Both the position numbers and the translations under genes were made by a program. This document shows positions 9,914 to 13,960 of a stretch of 13,960 nt of DNA, piece after piece; within the stretch, counting starts at the first letter, position 1; each line of letters begins with the position of its first letter. The notes under the pieces were generated by a model. The model saw only the letters and a list, made by a program, of their open reading frames with translations. It was not told where the DNA came from and did not search any database. Source of the stretch: Candidatus Vampirococcus lugosii (GTDB lineage Bacteria; Patescibacteriota; Gracilibacteria; Absconditabacterales; Absconditicoccaceae); contig NZ_JAEDAM010000022.1 in NCBI RefSeq assembly GCF_018420025.1, positions 1-13,960 on the forward strand, in the 5' to 3' direction.

Positions 9914-10354
9914 ATGAGAATTTTAACCGTATTTTTGTTTGTTTTTTTTCTTACGGCATGTCAAACTACATCCGTTAGAAATCAAACTTCTGGTGCATTA
10001 CTTGGTGGTGTGCTTGGTGGTATGCTTGGTGCACAAGCTAAAAGCTATCAAACTGCTGCTGTGATTGGTGGTACTTTAATAGGTGCTAGTGTCGGAAGTA
10101 ATATAGGTGCTAGGATGGATTCTGTTGACAAAATGATGACAAAAAAAGCATTGGAAGTCAATAGAACTGGACAAAGCACAGAATGGAAAAATCCTGACAC
10201 TAATAATCAATATAGAGTAACACCAACTCGCACTTTTTCTTCAAGTACTTCTGTTTGTAGAGAATATGCGACGGAAGTCTTTATTAGAGGAAGACAAGAA
10301 ATGCTTTACGGAAAAGCTTGTCGAGAACCTGATGGAACTTGGCAAGTACAATAA
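9914..10354 (+). CDS. Lipoprotein of the glycine-zipper / 17-kDa-surface-antigen type (146 aa).
   Basis: It is intact in both the standard code and code 25. The signal peptide carries a lipobox (MRILTVFLFVFFL-TAC). A Gly-zipper follows: 'GALLGGVLGGMLGA...IGGTLIGASVGSNIGA'. The C-terminus 'STEWKNPDTNNQYRVTPTRTF...CREYATEV...YGKACREPDGTWQV' resembles proteobacterial surface-antigen lipoproteins. All 15 Gly codons are GGN, and GC is visibly higher than in the flanks. Confidence 0.85.
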   Translation: MRILTVFLFVFFLTACQTTSVRNQTSGALLGGVLGGMLGAQAKSYQTAAVIGGTLIGASVGSNIGARMDSVDKMMTKKALEVNRTGQSTEWKNPDTNNQYRVTPTRTFSSSTSVCREYATEVFIRGRQEMLYGKACREPDGTWQVQ

Positions 10355-10376
10355 TAATTAAATATTTGATTTTTTT

Positions 10377-10412
10377 AGGAGTAGTATTTCTACTCCTTTT
10401 TTTGTTTTTTTA
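10377..10412 (+). terminator. Rho-independent terminator of the lipoprotein gene.
   Basis: The stem pairs aggagtag (10377-10384) with ctactcct (10390-10397) around the loop tattt. A T7-G-T8 run follows. It sits 23 nt after the stop. Confidence 0.85.
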
Positions 10413-10437
10413 ACAAATTGAGTGGATAAAGTTTAAA

Positions 10438-10462
10438 ACAAGGATTTGCGAGAAAATAAAAA
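10438..10462. repeat. Copy 1 of a perfect 25-bp direct repeat, acaaggatttgcgagaaaataaaaa.
   Basis: An identical 25-mer recurs at 13912-13936. The flanks diverge immediately, apart from a loosely similar 'ttta(a/g)a' just upstream. Confidence 0.9.
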
Positions 10463-10920
10463 AATCTAAATTGTAAGAAAAAGTATCGTTGTTAAAAATA
10501 TCAATAATAGAACTTTTCAATAACCTTATAAGGAGTTCTATTTTCTAGTTATTGTTATGTCAATTTACAAATTTTTTTCTAAAAAACAAACTCTTGTTTT
10601 TTTGCTCTTTTGATTATATTCTATATCGTAGGCATTATACATTGAATTATAGTTTGTTATTAAATAAATTACATTAATTTATAGAAATTATTTTTAATAA
10701 CCATATACAATACAATCTTACATATACTTCATTTGATGTATCATAAAATTTTTATTTACTTGAATTATAATAAACATTATATATGTAATATAAAAAGACT
10801 TTACAAAAGAATTTTCTTAAAAAAATAAGAAATAGTTTTTTTAGATTTTTAAATAAAGTTAAATTTTTATAAAAAATACCATATAATTTTTCATAGGTCT
10901 CTAAAGAAAAAAGAAATGGA

Positions 10921-12099
10921 CTAATTCTTATATTCAAGATTTATTAATTCCAGAAAACTAAAAATTACAGATAATTCTAATAAAAATTTTTCTAAACTAA
11001 CTTCAGGTTCTTCTTTCAAAGATATTTCAAGATTATCATTACTATTTTTTAAATAAAGATAAATTTCATCTCAAATAAAAGCAATGTTTACATTGCTTGT
11101 GCTAGTTTTTTGTTCTAATTCCAGTAATTGACTTTGCATTTTAGGAGTTAAAATACTTCAAACTTCAATTTCATCTTCACAAAATACATCATATGTCTTA
11201 TTAAATATTTTATCATTTAATTGTATTTTTTTTTCTTTAGGTAAATTTTTTCTTCTATAAAATAACTCATATAAAAAAATTCAGACTAAATATAAAATTA
11301 TTAAAATTAACATAAATCCTCAAAATCATATTTGTGATATAATTGGAAAAATTACACCCATAATTCATTGAAAAATTTTTATAATTAGAATTATTATAAA
11401 TAATACAATTGCAAATCAATTAAAATATAGTCTAGCTTTATTTGCAATAGCTTTAAAAGGAGATATAGATTTAAGAATCCTTACTCTCTTTTTTATTTTT
11501 CTTTCAATATTTTTTATTCTACTATACATCAAAATTCCATAATCTGTAATATATTCACTTCTTGTTTCTCTACCTTCGCTATCAGTTGACTCTGTAACTC
11601 TAGATAAACAAAAATCTACTCACATCACAGATAAATCATTTTTCTTATAAAAAAAAGAATCTTCACTTCTTCTTACTGTATTATAGCTTGGATCTAATAA
11701 ACCAGACTTGTTTGAATATTCATAAAAGCATATTTTAAATAAATCATCTTTTATAGAGTATTGAAATCAATAAAAAGCTTTTTCTAAAACTTTTCAGTAG
11801 ACCCCTTCTTTTATCTTTTTAGAAAAATTCTTTTTTATAGCTGACCCTATAATTAACCATATTATCAAAGAACAAAGTCATAAAAAGACAACTATATGAA
11901 TTATTTCAATTAGTTCTTGATCATAGTTTTTTAAAAATACTTGATAAAATAAAAAGATTAATAGAATTATAAAAATAACATTGTTTATCATTAAGTAATT
12001 ATTATACTTCTTTTGAAGATTTATTACTTCTCTGTAATCTTTAGATACTTTGAATTCATTTATAACTTTATTTATTTCTGATTGTGTAAAAATATTCAT
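10921..12099 (-). CDS. DUF3137-like membrane protein (392 aa) with N-terminal and central TM helices.
   Basis: On the minus strand the frame is open from ATG (12099) to TAG (10923-10921) with 11 in-frame TGA. Track ORF 11878..12099 is only its first 73 codons. 'SEDSFFYKKNDLSVMGVDFCLSRVTESTDSEGRETRSEYITDYGILMYS' and the C-terminal 'CEDEIEVGSILTPKMQSQLLELEQ...VNIAFIGDEIYLYL' resemble my recollection of DUF3137 proteins. Confidence 0.65.
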
Positions 12100-12146
12100 T
12101 GCAAGTATTAATTATAAAATATAATTATTGATATTTATTTTTTTCA

Positions 12147-12595
12147 CTAGCTTGTTTTTAACTTAAAATATTTCATATTTGGCATAAATTCTATTACATT
12201 TCTTAAGAATTTTTGTGCTGTAATTGCCTTTTTATCTTTATGTATTTCAATATAAATAATTCTGGCCTTTCTCTCAATAGTTACATATATTATATATTTT
12301 TTTTCAGTTTCTAGGTATTTTGATTTGATATAGATTCATCAATTCTTCAATACAATCATCTAATGGCATATAGACAATAAAGTTTTTTAAATCAATGTTT
12401 TCTATATAGGAATAGATTGGGGAGCTTGATTTTGAAGCAATGTTGCTTGAATTTGCTCGTCTACTAATAGTAGCTGTGCTTAGTATTTATACTTCATTAC
12501 ATATTTCTCTATATGTTTTTCCCTTTATTATGTCTTTCTATAATTTTACATCTCAAATGCCCTTGAGTATAATCTTTTTTTCTGTATATATTCAT
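12147..12595 (-). pseudogene. Degenerate, 3'-truncated DDE (rve-type) transposase remnant, IS481-like (IS30-like not excluded).
   Basis: Minus-strand fragments appear in three frames. They include 'MNIYRKKDYTQGHLRCKIIERHNKGK', 'GKTYREICNEV(stop)ILSTATISRR' (HTH-like), 'IENIDLKNF' (compare HIDIKKL), and 'YVTIERKARIIYIEIHKDKKAITAQKFLRNVIEFMP' (compare 'vaIDr.sR..y.E...dk.a.ta..FL'). There are internal TAA/TAG stops and frameshifts. The remnant ends before the DNG.EF part of the catalytic core. Confidence 0.55.
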
Positions 12596-12632
12596 TATTT
12601 AATTTGCTTATTTATTTAAAGATTACTATCTT

Positions 12633-12662
12633 TATACTGAATTTAATTATACTGAATTTAAT
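12633..12662. repeat. Perfect 15-bp tandem duplication (tatactgaatttaat x2) in the divergent intergenic region.
   Basis: Read directly: 12633-12647 equals 12648-12662. Confidence 0.9.
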
Positions 12663-12719
12663 TTTGTTTACAATGTTTTTAGACTAAACATTTACTTTTT
12701 AATTTTTAATATAAATAAT

Positions 12720-13025
12720 ATGGCAATAATATTAGCTTACATTTTAATGGTTTTAATTGGAGGAATTGTATTGTGGATTATTGCAAAACTATTTTCAGGC
12801 TATCCTCCAAATATTATTCAATGTTTTGTTGGTGCTGGTATAGCTGAGTTTGTTAGTTTATTTGACATACCATTTATTCCTTTTATAGTATTATTTATTG
12901 TTCTTATCAAAATTGGCAGATTTGAAGCTGTGCCAGCTTTTGTTGCAACAATGCTATTGAATAATGAAGTTGTTCTTATTTGGAATAGTTGTAGTAACAC
13001 TTACTGATATATTCGGCTAAGTTAA
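12720..13025 (+). CDS. Small hydrophobic membrane protein. It is 95 aa in the standard code and 101 aa if the TGA at 13005 is read as Gly.
   Basis: The sequence is MAIILAYILMVLIGGIVLWIIAKLF...IPFIPFIVLFIVLIKIG..., with 2-3 TM helices. It has no internal TGA and all 6 Gly are GGN. An alternative frame near 12975-13020 encodes another helix-like segment (LFLFGIVVVTLTDIFG), so a frameshift is possible. No family recognised. Confidence 0.45.
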
Positions 13026-13138
13026 AAATTACATCACATAACACGGTGTATATGGTTCGATTATTTTTGTTTAATTAGATTTCATAAGGACTGCAAAAAT
13101 CAACTCTACCAAATTTTGGATTTAACATTTATTAATTA

Positions 13139-13933
13139 ATAAAAATATTTATATTCAGTAAATATTACCCAAATTGTTATGTTGAAAGTGTTTTTTTACT
13201 AGATTATCAAAAAATTTACAATCAAGGTTTTCGTATGATAATCTTTGATATTGATAATACTTTAGCCCATCATGGAGAAAATCCAAGTGAAGAAATAGAA
13301 AACCTTTTTCAAGAAATATATAAAATCGGCTTAAAAACTCTACTTTTTTCTGATAACAGTACTGAAAGAATTAATCAATTTTGTAAAAATATTGATTCTT
13401 CATTTGTCGCTGAAGCAAATAAACCTAATATATATAAATTAATTAATGCACTTGAAAATTTTAAATTACTCAAAGAGCAAAGTATTTATATTAGTGATCA
13501 AATATTTAGAGATATTTGTATGACGAATCAAGCATGAATTAAAAGTATCTTGGTTAAATATTTACGCAAACCAAATCAAAAAAAAAGGTATTCATCGTCG
13601 TTTGGAAAATTTTATTTTATGGTTTTATTCAAAAAGTAAGAAGTACCAAAGCTTGAAAAAGATTTTGAAAGATGATCAAAATAATATTAGAAAAAGAAAA
13701 CTTTTTTGTGAAATTCATCCTATTTTTTAAAAATTTCTGTAATAAAAGAACAATTGAAATATAATTTAAAAGATCTTTATAAAAGAAATAAATTTGCAAA
13801 AAATATATCCAATGTAAAACTTGATAATTTGATTTCACAATACTCTATAAAAATAATCAAGAAAGACAAAGCTCATCTTTGTAGAACAAAATTTCTAAAT
13901 CCTTGATTTAGACAAGGATTTGCGAGAAAATAA
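13139..13933 (+). pseudogene. YqeG-type HAD-IIIA phosphatase fused or adjacent to the N-terminus of a VanW-like protein. It is frameshifted and truncated.
   Basis: Frame A reads 'YYPNCYVESVFLLDYQKIYNQGFRMIIFDIDNTLAHHGENPSEE...FSDNSTERINQF...ANKPN...ISDQIFRDICMTNQAGIKSILVK', the YqeG pattern, and it has no ATG at the true N-terminus. A +1 shift at the A9 run (13578-13586) gives 'GIHRRLENFILWFY...RKRKLFCEIHPIF'. A second shift at the T6 run (13723-13728) gives 'YFLKISVIKEQLKYNLKDLYKRNKFAKNISNVKLDNLISQYS', resembling the clostridial VanW-family N-terminus. Homology ends near 13900. Confidence 0.6.
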
Positions 13934-13936
13934 AAA
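13912..13936. repeat. Copy 2 of the perfect 25-bp direct repeat. Its first 9 nt form the 3' arm of a local hairpin.
   Basis: acaaggatttgcgagaaaataaaaa is identical to 10438-10462. aaatccttg (13897-13905) is the exact reverse complement of caaggattt (13913-13921), with a 7-nt loop between them. Confidence 0.9.
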
Positions 13937-13937
13937 T

Positions 13938-13960
13938 AGATTTGTGTACTACACAAATTT
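13938..13960. repeat. Near-perfect palindrome at the window edge.
   Basis: atttgtgta (13940-13948), c, tacacaaat (13950-13958) are exact reverse complements. The pairing extends by a G:T and an A:T pair to 13938/13960. Confidence 0.75.

Noticed and set aside
10421-10429. agtggataa, an 8/9 match to a DnaA box (TGTGGATAA), next to AT-rich DNA.
   Set aside because: It is a single imperfect copy with no cluster of boxes and no dnaA/dnaN context, which is insufficient for an origin call.
10581-10602. Hairpin aaaaaacaa-actc-ttgtttttt as a bidirectional terminator. The 9-bp stem aatagaact/agttctatt at 10506-10542 is a related case.
   Set aside because: The first stem is almost entirely A:T, so its predicted stability is marginal. 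The second has a 19-nt loop and no U-tract. Neither is adjacent to a gene end. I note them only as structure in an otherwise featureless 500-bp gap.
10752-10937. Track ORF (61 aa, minus strand) in the non-coding gap, overlapping the 3' end of the DUF3137-like gene. Track ORFs 12818..13000(-) and 13629..13838(-) are similar cases.
   Set aside because: They have AT-rich low-complexity translations with no motifs. They lie in non-coding DNA or antisense to sequences with recognisable homology.
13054-13062. GGTTCGATT, a T-loop-like sequence suggesting a tRNA gene or tRNA-derived att site near the island.
   Set aside because: The flanking bases do not form a T-stem, and I could not fold any acceptor, D or anticodon arms on either strand.
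1-13960. Genetic code 4 (TGA = Trp, Mycoplasma/Spiroplasma-like) as the explanation for the in-frame TGAs.
   Set aside because: TGA sits at invariant Gly positions: GGQ and GGDE in RF1, AGAQAFS and GGTVLH in NrdD, and the SecG Gly loop. Trp would destroy these motifs. TGG is used where Trp is expected.
1-13960. CRISPR arrays, rRNA/tRNA genes, or an intact integrase or recombinase.
   Set aside because: No regularly spaced 25-40 bp repeats and no structured-RNA signatures were found on either strand. The only recombinase-like sequence is the decayed transposase fragment.

Overview
This AT-rich window (roughly 20-25% GC by eye) is only readable under translation table 25, where TGA encodes Gly. 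That code is typical of Gracilibacteria/Absconditabacteria-type CPR/Patescibacteria. The supplied standard-code ORF track therefore misses almost every real gene and mostly reports antisense artefacts. With TGA read as sense, positions 2-9810 form a dense plus-strand block. In order it holds the 3' end of a large surface protein with an acidic tandem repeat and SLH-like repeats, an orphan protein, secG, a family-5 substrate-binding protein split by a frame change, prfA (RF1), two small tandem paralogs, and nrdD. TGA falls on universally conserved glycines, including both Gly of the RF1 GGQ motif (tga tga caa). This supports TGA=Gly and excludes TGA=Trp (code 4). From about 9790 the character changes. 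nrdD ends right after its Zn-ribbon with no recognisable glycyl-radical tail and no nrdG follows. Downstream lies a patchwork: a higher-GC, TGA-free lipoprotein gene of the proteobacterial 17-kDa-antigen type with a strong Shine-Dalgarno and a clean terminator; a DUF3137-like membrane protein in native code (minus strand); a decayed IS481-like transposase remnant; a small TGA-free membrane ORF; and a frameshifted Firmicutes-like YqeG-HAD/VanW remnant. A perfect 25-bp direct repeat (10438 and 13912) brackets most of this patchwork. I could not identify a coherent multi-gene novel system. The best novelty candidates are the mosaic island at the broken nrdD end, the repeat pair, and the unannotatable small proteins. 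All similarity statements come from motif recognition by eye, not from searches.
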